DNA of 64,000 nucleotides from Chloroflexota bacterium (GCA_009840355.1 VXNZ01000019.1:101-64100), one strand, 5' to 3'. Positions 24,606-34,621 are shown, counted from the stretch's first letter. The notes: a model not told the origin generated them from the letters alone. Numbers and translations: made by a program.

Positions 24606-26762
24606 TCAACAATCGCGCAAGTACCGTCGCCGCGCCGCGAAGGCGACACCTACCGGCGCAAGCAGCATCAACAAGCTTGCCATTCCCGTACCCACAGGCA
24701 CCGCCCCCACCGAATTGCACCCGCCACTCGCCGGCGCACTCGCATCAGCTTCCGGTGTCGCCGTTACCACTATGATTACCGGCGTCTGCGTAGGCGGCAC
24801 AAGCGTTGCCGTCGGTTCAGGCGTAGATGTCGGCGCGGGCGTGTCCGTAGGCATCGGCGTATGAGTAGCCGTTGCCGTCGGAACGGGCGTATCCTTAGGC
24901 GTAGGCGTCATAGTCGGAGTATCAGTTGGCGTAGCCGTAGGTGTTTGCGTCGCGGTCGCAGTCGGCGTCGGCGTTTCCGTAGGTATCGGCGTGTCAGTTG
25001 GTGTAGGCGTGATTGTAGGTGTCGGCGTATGAGTAGCCGTTGCGGTTGGCGTGAATGTTGCTGTGGCGGTTGGCCTCGGCGTTGGAGTAGGCGCAGCCCT
25101 GCCATGCTGACCGCCGCCCTCCCACCAAGTCGCCACGCCGTCACCATCAAGGTCCTTCTTCAACGCAGGGTAATCGCTGGATGTCCCAAAGTCCCAGAAA
25201 TCATCAACGCCCGTCGTATCGTCGAAATCCTCATCGGCATTGTCGATATCGATGAGCCAATCAGCATAGATGCCCGTGTAGTCCGTAGGCTGCTGCAACT
25301 GCTGCGTCGTAAGCCCCCTGACGCCATCTGTGCTACCTTCACCCACGCCTGCGTAACGCACGGGCAGCTCCGTGAGCCAATAGCTTCCAGTTACATTACC
25401 TTCATTGGATGCTATAAATCCGCCGATGGGAACGCTGTCGCCATTGCCAGTCAATCGCACATCGCCTGTGGCGTAGCTGAACTTGATGCTACTATCTTCG
25501 CTATTGTATCCAGCAAACCCGCCGAGATATACAGTTACCTCTCCCCATTCCTCTTCATCAATTGACAGGCTTCCCACAACCCTACCAGTGGCATAACTAG
25601 ACACGATGCTGCCTTCATTGTATCCAACAAGGCCTCCTGCAGATAATTCGCTCTGCTCGGCGTTACTTACCGACACGTCGCCGGTGGCGTAACTGAATGC
25701 AATTTTACTGCCGTGTTCCGAAATCCCAACTAGGCCGCCGATTCCCCATACTCCTGAAACGCTACCAGTAGCATAACTCGATGTGATGCTGCCATAGAAT
25801 TGCTGGCCGACCAGGCCGCCAACACTAGATTCACCCGACACACTGCCAGTGGCATAACTCGATATGATATTGCTCAAATTGCCATTATTGCCTCCGACTA
25901 GCCCGCCGATAGTATCCTCACCTTCCACGCTGCCAGTAGCGTAGCTGTATGCGATGCTGCGGTTATTGCCCCCGACCAGCCCGCCTAGTTCACCCTCACC
26001 CGACACCGTGCCAGCAGCGTAACTCAGTGTGATGTTGCCATCAGAAAACCCAACTAGGCCGCCGATATTCCTCTCGCCCGACACACTGCCAGTGGCGTAA
26101 CTCAATGTGATGCTGCGTTTATTGATCCCGACCAAGCCTCCGACACCATGCACACCCGTCACATCAGCATTAACTGTCCCTAATTGTCGAATAACACCAT
26201 CATTGATTCCGAAAATGCCGGCGACCCGTGGCTGGTTCTCCCCCCTGCGATTGATGTACAAATTAGCAATAGTGCGACCATTACCCTCGAATGCTGAGCG
26301 GAACGCACTATCATCGCTAACTCCAATCGGCAACCACCCGTTCCCTCTCGTCCACTTCTCGTTCACCGCGCCCGATGCGTAGCTCCCCGCGCTCTTGAAA
26401 TCCAGGTCCCGCGCCAGCTCATACCCCCGGCAGCCCTCCGAGCATCCCATCCCTTCCGCCGCATCCGGGAACGCCGCCGCGTACCGCTCCGCATTGCCAT
26501 CGTCCGCAAACCCATCCCCATCCAGGTCCCAGCGCACCGCGTCCAGCTGCTCCAGCCACTCTATCTCAATCAACCCGTCATCGTCCGCGTCATAATCGAC
26601 CGGCGACTGCGTGCTTGCATTATTCAGCCCTGCCATCGCCGCGAATAGCAGCGCAAATGTCAATGCTGTGAGGGTTGCCACGAGTTTCTTTGCGTTCAAA
26701 TCCTTCTCCAAAATTGACCCGATAGTCCATCCCCAATAATCCGGCACATCGGCGCGCCGCAT
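24606..26762 (-). CDS. secreted/surface GLUG-motif repeat protein with Thr-Pro linker and C-terminal sorting signal
   Basis: N-terminal signal anchor [20 protein letters not shown]. Asp-rich DxDxDG calcium-binding-like motifs. About 9 repeats of SYATGxVSGExxIGGLVG (GLUG motif). About 105-aa TP-rich linker. C-terminus GGCNSVG + hydrophobic helix + RRR. Alternative TTG start at 26699 with a GGAG upstream. Confidence 0.85.
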   Translation of the reverse strand: MRRADVPDYWGWTIGSILEKDLNAKKLVATLTALTFALLFAAMAGLNNASTQSPVDYDADDDGLIEIEWLEQLDAVRWDLDGDGFADDGNAERYAAAFPDAAEGMGCSEGCRGYELARDLDFKSAGSYASGAVNEKWTRGNGWLPIGVSDDSAFRSAFEGNGRTIANLYINRRGENQPRVAGIFGINDGVIRQLGTVNADVTGVHGVGGLVGINKRSITLSYATGSVSGERNIGGLVGFSDGNITLSYAAGTVSGEGELGGLVGGNNRSIAYSYATGSVEGEDTIGGLVGGNNGNLSNIISSYATGSVSGESSVGGLVGQQFYGSITSSYATGSVSGVWGIGGLVGISEHGSKIAFSYATGDVSVSNAEQSELSAGGLVGYNEGSIVSSYATGRVVGSLSIDEEEWGEVTVYLGGFAGYNSEDSSIKFSYATGDVRLTGNGDSVPIGGFIASNEGNVTGSYWLTELPVRYAGVGEGSTDGVRGLTTQQLQQPTDYTGIYADWLIDIDNADEDFDDTTGVDDFWDFGTSSDYPALKKDLDGDGVATWWEGGGQHGRAAPTPTPRPTATATFTPTATATHTPTPTITPTPTDTPIPTETPTPTATATQTPTATPTDTPTMTPTPKDTPVPTATATHTPMPTDTPAPTSTPEPTATLVPPTQTPVIIVVTATPEADASAPASGGCNSVGAVPVGTGMASLLMLLAPVGVAFAARRRYLRDC
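24780..25097 (-). repeat. low-complexity Thr-Pro(-Ala) coding repeat
   Basis: Encodes [60 protein letters not shown]... . The DNA is a degenerate 6-12 nt periodic repeat. Confidence 0.9.
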
Positions 26763-26856
26763 TATACACTACTCGTTCCAAAGCACGACCGATGGACGAA
26801 CCGGATGGGCAATATACGTCGTTGTGTCTAATGTGCGTTGTGGTACAATCCCCAGC

Positions 26857-28470
26857 ATGATTATGTCAGATGGGAAACTCGACTTTGACGCGATTGTGAT
26901 AGGCGCGGGCATTTCGGGCTTGTACTTGCTGTACCGGCTGCGAGAGTTGGGCTTGCGCGTGCGCGTGTTCGAGAAGGGCACGGGCGTGGGCGGCACATGG
27001 TACTGGAATCGCTACCCTGGCGCGCGCTTCGACTCGGAGAGTTACTCCTACGCCTATTCTTTCTCTCAGGAGCTGCTGGACGAATGGAACTGGTCGGAGC
27101 ACTTTGCGGGGCAGCCGGAGATTCTGCGCTACTTGCAGCATGTCGCTGACAAGTTCGACCTGCGCCGAGACATCCAGTTTTCCAGCGCCATCGAGTCCGC
27201 GCACTACGACGATGACGCGCGCTGCTGGGACATCGGCATTGCTGACGGCAGCCACTACAAGAGCCGCTTTCTGGTAACCGGCCTCGGCAACCTGTCGCAT
27301 CCCGTCATGCCCAAGATAGACGGCATCGATTCATTCAAGGGGCAGTCGTTCCACACCTCGCGCTGGCCACATTCGCCGGTGGACTACGCCGGCAAGCGCG
27401 TGGGGATAATCGGCACCGGCGCGTCCGGCGTGCAAGTGATTCAGACAATTTCGCAGAGCGTCGGGCATCTGACGGTATTCCAGCGCAGACCGAACTGGTG
27501 CGCGCCGCTGAACAACGGGCGCATTCCGCCCGACGAAATGGACGAAATCCGCGCGGGCTACGACGAGCTGTTCGACCGATGCTCGCAGACTCGCGCCGGC
27601 TTCGTTCACACTGCCGACCAGCGCAACACATTCGATGTGCCGGAAAAAGAGCGCTACGAGTTTTGGGAAGAGTTGTACGCCGGGCGCGGTTTTGGCATCT
27701 GGCAGGGCAATTTCAAGGACATCCTGACCGACGTGAAGGCGAACAAGGCAATATCCGATTTCATCGCGGACAAGATACGCGGCAGGGTCAACGATCCCGT
27801 CGTCGCGGAAAAGCTCATCCCCAAAGACCACGGCTTCGGAACGCGGCGCGTGCCGCTTGAGACGCACTACTTCGAGTCGTACAACCGCGAGAATGTCGAA
27901 CTCATCGACATCAACGAGACGCCGATAGCCTGTATCACCGAGCACGGCATCGCAACGACGGACAGGTCGTATGAGTTTGACATCATCATATACGCGACGG
28001 GTTTCGACGCGGTGTTCGGCGCATACAATGCGATAGACATTCGCGGCGTGGGCGGTCGCAGCCTAAAGGAGCAGTGGTACGAGCAGCTGGCGACATTCTT
28101 GGGCATGCAGACGCACAACTTCCCGAATATGTTCATGGTGATGGGACCGCACGCGATACAGGGCAATAATCCGCGCAACATCGAGTACAACGCGGAGTGG
28201 ATAGCGGGCGTCATACGGCACATGACCGAGCGCGGTTACACCCGCGCCGAGCCAAGCCTGGAATCGCAAGCAGCTTGGTACGATTACGTCGTGGAGCAAG
28301 GCAAAGACCTGCTGATGCGCCAAATAGACTCATGGATGACCGGCGTAAACCGCAACCTAGAGGGCAGAGAGAAGCGCCGGGTAGTCCAATACACAGGCAC
28401 CATGCAGACCTTCCGCACCCGCTGCGCGGAAGTTGCAGAAAGTGGGTACAGGGAGCTGAACCTCAAATAG
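26857..28470 (+). CDS. type I Baeyer-Villiger monooxygenase (flavin/NADPH-dependent, cyclohexanone monooxygenase-like)
   Basis: GAGISG FAD motif, GGTWYWNRYPG, BVMO fingerprint FKGQSFHTSRWP, and a second Rossmann motif GTGASG. ORF-track start 26824 (GTG); the ATG at 26857 is preferred. Confidence 0.9.
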   Translation: MIMSDGKLDFDAIVIGAGISGLYLLYRLRELGLRVRVFEKGTGVGGTWYWNRYPGARFDSESYSYAYSFSQELLDEWNWSEHFAGQPEILRYLQHVADKFDLRRDIQFSSAIESAHYDDDARCWDIGIADGSHYKSRFLVTGLGNLSHPVMPKIDGIDSFKGQSFHTSRWPHSPVDYAGKRVGIIGTGASGVQVIQTISQSVGHLTVFQRRPNWCAPLNNGRIPPDEMDEIRAGYDELFDRCSQTRAGFVHTADQRNTFDVPEKERYEFWEELYAGRGFGIWQGNFKDILTDVKANKAISDFIADKIRGRVNDPVVAEKLIPKDHGFGTRRVPLETHYFESYNRENVELIDINETPIACITEHGIATTDRSYEFDIIIYATGFDAVFGAYNAIDIRGVGGRSLKEQWYEQLATFLGMQTHNFPNMFMVMGPHAIQGNNPRNIEYNAEWIAGVIRHMTERGYTRAEPSLESQAAWYDYVVEQGKDLLMRQIDSWMTGVNRNLEGREKRRVVQYTGTMQTFRTRCAEVAESGYRELNLK

Positions 28471-28540
28471 AGTGCCCTAACCAATGCTCTCGCAGCGAAT
28501 AACGCAACCAGTTTGCCGGATACCGACGGGTAGATATTCT

Positions 28541-28805
28541 CTATTCGCTGAGCAGTCGGCGGGGCTCGGCTTCCAATTGCGCCGCGCGGTTCTCCGCTTC
28601 TTCGGCGCGCGCTTCGGCTGCCAACCGCCCGGCTAATTCGTTCTCCCGCGCTTGCCAGTCTTCTTCGTGCACGGGTAGGTATTGCCGATTCAGGATCGAA
28701 GAATCGCAGCTGTGCGTCCTCCCAGCAGACATACAAGCCCAGTGCGCCGCTGTACCCGCGAAGTCTTAATCGCATTGGTAAGTCTCGTGTTCGGCATCCC
28801 TCTAA
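28541..28805 (-). pseudogene. C-terminal remnant of a Uma2 (DUF820)-family endonuclease gene, frameshifted
   Basis: One frame reads GALGLYVCWEDAQLRFFDPES. The adjacent frame reads QYLPVHEEDWQARENELAGRLAAEARAEEAENRAAQLEAE. Together these resemble the characteristic C-terminal tail of Uma2-family proteins. No nuclease core lies upstream. Confidence 0.35.
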
Positions 28806-29022
28806 CATAACACTTGGCTCAATTGTCCATACAATCCAATATGCGCACAACGATACTCTCACGATGGATTCATAAGCACACCGGCATAATGACTTGCGTT
28901 GCGCCTCAAAATGCAACGGCAGACCGCCGTTGACACTTTTCGCCTTCGGCCGTAGCATGTGGGTGCTGTCGGCAAAGACTGTCCGACACTACAGTGTGAA
29001 AACTGGGGGCATATCGAACCGG

Positions 29023-30144
29023 ATGGATTACGGAATAGGCATACCGTCGTATATCGACGCCTGGCGTGAGGTGAAGGCGGCGGAAGACGCGGGATTCACA
29101 CACGCTTGGTTCTTCGATTCCCAGCTCATCTACTCGGATGTTTGGGCGACGATGGCGCTGGCTGCGCAGTTTACATCGCGCATCAAGCTGGGCACGCTGG
29201 TCGCGATTCCCAGCAACAGGCTTGCGCCGGTTACCGCGGCGGCAGCGGCATCCATCAATAAGATCGCGCCCGGAAGGGTCATCGTCGGGCTTGGCACCGG
29301 CTACACGGGTAGGAACACGATGGGTCTGCCCGCGCTGACGATGGACGCATTCGAGGAATACGCGCGACAGGTCAAGGGATTGCTCAACGGCGAGGATGTG
29401 CTGCTGCGCGAAGGCAGCCGCGAGCGGTGGATACGGCTGATACACGCCAAGTCCAACTCCGGACGCGACGAATTTTTCAATATCGAAGACCACATACCTG
29501 TGATGCTCGCCGCAAATGGGCCGCGCGGGCAGAAGATAACGGGCGAAATATCCGACGGCTGGATTATGACCGCGCGAAGCGCGTCCGTACCCGACGGTCT
29601 GCCCCGCGTGATAGCGGCGGCGGAAGCGACCGGCAACAATTTCGATCGGTTCGGGGGCGAAGGCGCAAAGCCGTATGTTACCGTGCTCACAACCTCGTGC
29701 GTCTTTAGGGATGGAGAGTCTCTGACAAGCGAGCGCGTTGTCAGGAATGTCGGACCGACGCTGCTTCCGGGCATCCACGCGATGTGGGAACGCGACTTTG
29801 GACCGGGCTCGAACCTCGGCATGAGCAATCCCGGACTGGCGCAGGAATACGACCGGTACATCCGCGAATATGGCGAGAGCCGCCCTGCCCCCACGCCGGA
29901 CGATAGGCGATACCTCGATGTCCACGAAGGGCATTATGTGTACCTGAAGGACGGCGAAGAGCGCTTCGTCTCGCCCGAAATGGTCGGCCGCACGCTGACC
30001 GGCACTGCGGACGAAATATGCGAGAAGTTAGACGACCTAGAGGCGATCGGCGTCAACAACGTGGCGCTCGCCGCGATTGACCGTCAGGCGGCGCGCGACC
30101 TTATCGCAGACTTCGGCGAGCAGGTTATCCGGTGCCGGCAATGA
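29023..30144 (+). CDS. luciferase-like (LLM class) flavin/F420-dependent oxidoreductase
   Basis: MDYGIGIPSY...AEDAGFTHAWFFDSQ...LGTLVAIPSNR pattern of the LLM TIM barrel. Start trimmed to the in-frame ATG at 29023. Confidence 0.8.
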   Translation: MDYGIGIPSYIDAWREVKAAEDAGFTHAWFFDSQLIYSDVWATMALAAQFTSRIKLGTLVAIPSNRLAPVTAAAAASINKIAPGRVIVGLGTGYTGRNTMGLPALTMDAFEEYARQVKGLLNGEDVLLREGSRERWIRLIHAKSNSGRDEFFNIEDHIPVMLAANGPRGQKITGEISDGWIMTARSASVPDGLPRVIAAAEATGNNFDRFGGEGAKPYVTVLTTSCVFRDGESLTSERVVRNVGPTLLPGIHAMWERDFGPGSNLGMSNPGLAQEYDRYIREYGESRPAPTPDDRRYLDVHEGHYVYLKDGEERFVSPEMVGRTLTGTADEICEKLDDLEAIGVNNVALAAIDRQAARDLIADFGEQVIRCRQ

Positions 30145-30233
30145 CGAACTGGAGAGTACGTCAAGTCAAGGATTGAGAACAGGCATCCATTATCGAAAGA
30201 CACCCGTCAAGCACAACATACGGAGAGTAAGAA

Positions 30234-31550
30234 ATGACAGACAAGCAGCCCAACATAATCCTGATAATGTCCGACGACCTTGGCTATGAGGTCATCGGCG
30301 CAAACGGCGGTACTTCGTACGCCACGCCGCGTCTCGACCGCATGGTGGAGGAAGGCATGCGATTCACGGAGGCACACGTGATGCCGCTTTGCACGCCTTC
30401 CCGTCTAGCTCTTATGACGGGCAAGTACAACTTCCGCAACTACATCGGCTTCGGGCTGATTAAGCCCGACGAGGTAACATTCGGACACCTATTCTCGGAC
30501 GCCGGCTACAACACCTGCATCGCCGGCAAGTGGCAGTTGTACTCGTACAATCCGCCCGACGAATCGCCCGAGATGCGCAACAAGGGTCAGCAGATCGAAG
30601 ACGCCGGATTCGACGAGTTTTCCGTCTGGCACGCGCACCACACTGAGGACAAGGGTTCGCGCTACAAGAACCCGATTATCTACGAAAACGGCGAGTACCG
30701 CGATGACACCGAAGGCAAGTACGGTGAGGACATATTCTGCGACTACATCATCGACTACATCGGGCGCAAGAAGGACGATGATAAGCCGTTCTTCGCTTAC
30801 TGGCCAATGGCGGCGACGCACAAGCCCCACGAACCAACGCCGGACAGCCCGGAATGGGACGATTTCGACCCGCCGTCCAACCGGACACTCGGCGGCAAGA
30901 CTTGGGCAGAAATCGAAGACGGCTCGTGGGACGACGACCCTCGCTTCTACAAGGACATGGTAGAGTACCACGACAAGGTCATAGGGCGGCTGCTGGACTA
31001 CCTAGACGAGCAGGGACTCAGCGAAAACACGCTAGTGATTTATCTGGGCGACAACGGCACTCCTGACGATGTGTGCTCCATGGTGTTCGAGCACAACGAG
31101 ATTTGCGGCGGCAAGGGCAAGACGAACGATCGTGGCACGCACGTACCGCTCATCTGCCGCCAGCCCGGCACGATTCCCGCAGGCTCGGTTAACAGGGACA
31201 TGGTAGAGGCAACGGACTACTTGCCTACGATGATGGAAGCAGCGGGCTTAGAGTTTCCTGATGATTACTTCATTGACGGCAAGTCGTTCTATCAGCAGCT
31301 GACGGGACATAAGGGCGATCCGCGCGAGTGGATGTTCTTCCACTTCGAGCCAATGAACGCCCGATCAAGCGTCGCCGCGCGCCGCATCCGCTTCGTCCGC
31401 GACGACCATTGGAAGCTCTACGAGACTGGCGAAATGCACAACATGTGGACAGACTTGGACGAAAATTATCCCATCTACCAGGCAGATGATACAGAGGAAA
31501 TGGCGGAAGCCAGGACGAGACTCATGCCAATCTTCACCGAGTTGCAGTAG
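30234..31550 (+). CDS. formylglycine-dependent sulfatase (arylsulfatase family)
   Basis: NIILIMSDDLG and the sulfatase signature CTPSRLALMTGK. DNG/GKG downstream motifs. No signal peptide visible. Confidence 0.9.
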   Translation: MTDKQPNIILIMSDDLGYEVIGANGGTSYATPRLDRMVEEGMRFTEAHVMPLCTPSRLALMTGKYNFRNYIGFGLIKPDEVTFGHLFSDAGYNTCIAGKWQLYSYNPPDESPEMRNKGQQIEDAGFDEFSVWHAHHTEDKGSRYKNPIIYENGEYRDDTEGKYGEDIFCDYIIDYIGRKKDDDKPFFAYWPMAATHKPHEPTPDSPEWDDFDPPSNRTLGGKTWAEIEDGSWDDDPRFYKDMVEYHDKVIGRLLDYLDEQGLSENTLVIYLGDNGTPDDVCSMVFEHNEICGGKGKTNDRGTHVPLICRQPGTIPAGSVNRDMVEATDYLPTMMEAAGLEFPDDYFIDGKSFYQQLTGHKGDPREWMFFHFEPMNARSSVAARRIRFVRDDHWKLYETGEMHNMWTDLDENYPIYQADDTEEMAEARTRLMPIFTELQ

Positions 31551-31705
31551 TGCATGTAATATCGGGAAAGAAAGGTTTGCCTACCTTTCCATTCGTGCCT
31601 TCCTCCTTGACGTGGGAGGGCTGGGTTGGAGATGTTCTGCATCGCAGGAATTAGCCATTCCCTCATACTTTCTCGCAAATCAAACGAAATAAACGACAGA
31701 CGCAG

Positions 31706-31738
31706 AACGCCGCTCACTTGAATTCGGTGAGCGGCGTT
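31706..31738. terminator. bidirectional stem-loop terminator between convergent genes
   Basis: Perfect 12-bp stem AACGCCGCTCAC / GTGAGCGGCGTT with a 9-nt loop, located between the sulfatase stop (31550) and the zinc-ribbon gene stop (31795). Confidence 0.6.
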
Positions 31739-31794
31739 TCGATTGTCTATGGATTGCCTAGCGAAATGCTGTTGGCAACTTGTTGTGCCGATGC

Positions 31795-32145
31795 CTAGTT
31801 GCGGGAGCCGGACCTGAAGCAGTCGTAGCAATACACCGGGCGAGCGCCGGTCGGCCTGAACGGAACTTCATCCTCCTTGCCGCACGCTGCGCAGGTGATG
31901 GTGAACCTCTGGCGACTGCCGCCGCCACCGCCGCCGCCGAATCCACCGCCGCCGCCATAGCCGCCACCGCTACCATAGCCACCGCCGCCTCGGTTAAACG
32001 ACGCGCGGCGGGCGCGGCGGCAACTCACGCAACGCTTAGGCTCGTTGGTGTATCCCTTCTCCAGATGGTACTGCTGGTCGTCTATCGAAAAAATGAAGTC
32101 GTCGCCGCAGTCCGAACAAACTAGAGTCCTATCCTGAAAGACCAA
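31795..32145 (-). CDS. zinc-ribbon domain protein with internal poly-Gly/Tyr linker
   Basis: Two CxxC...CxxC units (CSDCG...CVSCR and CAACG...CYDCF) separated by GGGGYGSGGGYGGGGGFGGGGGGG. TTG start at 32145 sits 6 nt after AAGGAG. The ORF-track start at 32217 lacks an RBS. Confidence 0.7.
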   Translation of the reverse strand: MVFQDRTLVCSDCGDDFIFSIDDQQYHLEKGYTNEPKRCVSCRRARRASFNRGGGGYGSGGGYGGGGGFGGGGGGGSRQRFTITCAACGKEDEVPFRPTGARPVYCYDCFRSGSRN

Positions 32146-32440
32146 TGTGATCTCCTTAAAAGAAAAATCGTTGCCCACTGAATATAACCGGGGTGTCCGA
32201 AATTCTTCAGGAATCACCAGTCACTATCTCCAGAACAACCATAGTTGATTGTAACATAAATGTTAAATGCAATCAATGGAAATTGCATTTAGTAGCAAGT
32301 ATTCAACCTATTTCACAGACGTCAGCATTAGCAACAATTGACCACACAGACGCCGCCTGATAACTTTGAGCGCGCGTATAACCCTTTCCGTACTACAGAA
32401 CGGCGTGGCACAAGACTATTGACGAAACCGGCTAACCCAA

Positions 32441-33823
32441 ATGCAGAAATACTTAACAATGCCTGACGTGATTGATACGAACGCGACACCTTCCACGCAA
32501 TCAGACATCCGCCGCGTCGCCGTTCTTGGCGCGGGTACGATGGGCGCGCAGATTGCAGCGCTCGTCGCGGCGCAAGGCATAAAATGCGACCTGCTGGACA
32601 TGAGCGCCCCAATGGTAGAAGACGCAAAGCAGCGCCTGCTAACGATGCGTCCGAAGGTCATCGACGACCCTGCAATGTTGGAACTCATACACGCCGGTTC
32701 GTTCGACGAAGACCTGCAAAGATTAGCTGACGCGGACTGGGTAGTGGAAGCAATCGTGGAGCGCGCAGAACCGAAAAGCGCCCTTTGGAGCAGAGTCGCA
32801 AATTGCGCCCGCCCGGACGTCATCCTCAGCACGAACACGTCCGGAATACCGATAGCGCAGATCGCTCAGGCATTGCCTGCAGAGATGCGCGGACGATTTC
32901 TAGGCACGCATTTCTTCAATCCGCCGCGATACCTGCACCTGCTCGAACTCATCCCCACTTCCGACACGGATTGCAGCGCCATCACCACGATACGCCAATT
33001 CGGGGGAGATGTGCTGCACAAGGGCGTAGTGATTGCGCGCGATGTTCCCGGCTTCATTACGAACCGCATCGGCTGCCACTACTTCCTCTCCGTGATGCGG
33101 GCGGCAGACGAACTTGGCCTCACACCTGACGAGGCGGACGCGGTGTCTGGTCCCTTGATGGGTCGGTCGAATAGCGCCACATACCGCACCATCGACCTCG
33201 TTGGCGTGGACATTCTGCTCGACATCTGCGACAACACTCGCTCCGCTGTCGCCTCGCAAGACGAAGTGCAGGCGTACGCCGCGCCGCAATATCTGCGCGA
33301 TATGCGGGAGAATGGCTGGCTTGGCAACAAGTCCGGTCAGGGATTCTACAAGCGTGAAAGGCAAGGCGGACAGTCGCGCATATTGGCGCTAAACACGAGC
33401 ACTCTGCAATACCAAGACCGGACCGGTCGCATGCGAGAATCGCTGTCCAACATAAGCGCGATTGAGGATACCGGCGAACGCCTGCGCGCGCTAGTGGCAA
33501 CAGACAGCACTGCCGCAGAGTTCGCATGGCGAGCGCTGTCGAGTCTGCTCGCGTATTCTGCCGCTATGCTGGGCGAGGTCGCCGACGACATCGCGAATAT
33601 AGACCGGGCGATGCGCTGGGGCTTCAACTGGGAACTAGGCCCATTCGAGACATGGGACGCTCTCGGCGTAGAGAAAACTGTCGCAAGAATGAAGAGAGAC
33701 GGAATCGGCGTGCCTGACTGGGTCGCCGCGATTGCGCGGGATGGCGGCAGCCTCTATCGCCAATTCGATGGCGAATTGGAGCAGGCTACTGCTGTGGGCA
33801 AATATGCCAAGGTTTCAGGATAG
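32441..33823 (+). CDS. 3-hydroxyacyl-CoA dehydrogenase (NAD-binding, FadB C-terminal-like)
   Basis: VAVLGAGTMGAQIA Rossmann motif, NTSGIPI, HFFNPPRYLHLLELIP and FITNRI motifs. Confidence 0.85.
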   Translation: MQKYLTMPDVIDTNATPSTQSDIRRVAVLGAGTMGAQIAALVAAQGIKCDLLDMSAPMVEDAKQRLLTMRPKVIDDPAMLELIHAGSFDEDLQRLADADWVVEAIVERAEPKSALWSRVANCARPDVILSTNTSGIPIAQIAQALPAEMRGRFLGTHFFNPPRYLHLLELIPTSDTDCSAITTIRQFGGDVLHKGVVIARDVPGFITNRIGCHYFLSVMRAADELGLTPDEADAVSGPLMGRSNSATYRTIDLVGVDILLDICDNTRSAVASQDEVQAYAAPQYLRDMRENGWLGNKSGQGFYKRERQGGQSRILALNTSTLQYQDRTGRMRESLSNISAIEDTGERLRALVATDSTAAEFAWRALSSLLAYSAAMLGEVADDIANIDRAMRWGFNWELGPFETWDALGVEKTVARMKRDGIGVPDWVAAIARDGGSLYRQFDGELEQATAVGKYAKVSG

Positions 33824-33829
33824 CCGCCC

Positions 33830-34489
33830 GTGACGCCCTGGGAGCCGTGTCCGCTATGTGCCGCAATCGACGCCACTTTGTTGCATAATGGCGGAAAGGG
33901 ATCCGGATTCAGGCATTTTCTGCACTGCGGCGAGTGCGATATGGTTTTCGTGCCGCGCGCGCAAATCATAGACTCTGCCTCGCAGAAGGCGCGTTACCTG
34001 CAACACAACAACGAAGTGGACGACCCAGCTTACCGCGAGTTCCTCGGCAGGATGTACTACGCGCTCCGCCCGCACTTGAACACCGGCGATTGCGGGCTCG
34101 ACTACGGCAGCGGACCCGGACCCGCGCTGCAACATATGATACTTGAAGATGGGTTCGATGCGCATGCCTATGACATATTCTTCTACCCGGACACGGCTGT
34201 TCTGAATCGTTCTTACGACTTCATCACCTGCACCGAAACGGTTGAGCACTTCACCGATCCACGCACGGAGTTGCAGCGATTCGACGTTCTGCTGCGTCCC
34301 GGCGGATGGCTTGGCGTGATGACAGGCATGCTTGATAGCTGGGACGACTTCCCATCGTGGTACTACCATCGCGATCCAACGCACGTAAACTTCTTCAGCC
34401 GCGAAACTATGAGCTGGGTGGCGGCGTGGCAAGGCTGGGACGCACACTACCCGCGTGAGAATGTTGTGCTATTCAAAAAGCCTGAGTGA
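33830..34489 (+). CDS. class I SAM-dependent methyltransferase with N-terminal Cys4 element
   Basis: CPLCAA...CGECDMVF, then GLDYGSGPG (motif I) and VLLRPGGWLGV. Confidence 0.65.
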   Translation: MTPWEPCPLCAAIDATLLHNGGKGSGFRHFLHCGECDMVFVPRAQIIDSASQKARYLQHNNEVDDPAYREFLGRMYYALRPHLNTGDCGLDYGSGPGPALQHMILEDGFDAHAYDIFFYPDTAVLNRSYDFITCTETVEHFTDPRTELQRFDVLLRPGGWLGVMTGMLDSWDDFPSWYYHRDPTHVNFFSRETMSWVAAWQGWDAHYPRENVVLFKKPE

Positions 34490-34621
34490 ACCGCTAGTTG
34501 CAGCCCACTTGTCCTTACCCTCCTTTCGGGGTACTGTGCTGTTGGGCAGGTGCGTTTGATGAAGCGCGGATATTCGGCTATACTTGTACAATTGAGCATC
34601 AACTATACGGGGAGGTAAGTC

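Noticed and set aside
24780-25097. Periodic DNA repeat considered as a possible CRISPR array or satellite
   Set aside because: The period is 6-12 nt with no spacer structure, and it lies in frame inside a protein-coding Thr-Pro linker. No CRISPR array is present anywhere in the window.
24399-25565. 388-aa plus-strand ORF, extremely Arg/Cys-rich ([14 protein letters not shown]...)
   Set aside because: It is antisense to the Thr-Pro repeat and GLUG repeats of the 24606-26762 gene, and the repetitive composition is an artefact of reading ACNCCN repeats backwards. It also overlaps the permease gene start.
28284-28958. 224-aa minus-strand ORF in the BVMO-LLM intergenic region
   Set aside because: Its 3' third overlaps the BVMO gene end. 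Only a short internal stretch resembles a real protein, the Uma2 tail. I treat it as a gene fragment rather than a CDS.
28906-29934. 342-aa and 197-aa minus-strand ORFs opposite the LLM oxidoreductase gene
   Set aside because: Their composition is Arg-rich with no motifs, and they fully overlap a well-supported plus-strand gene.
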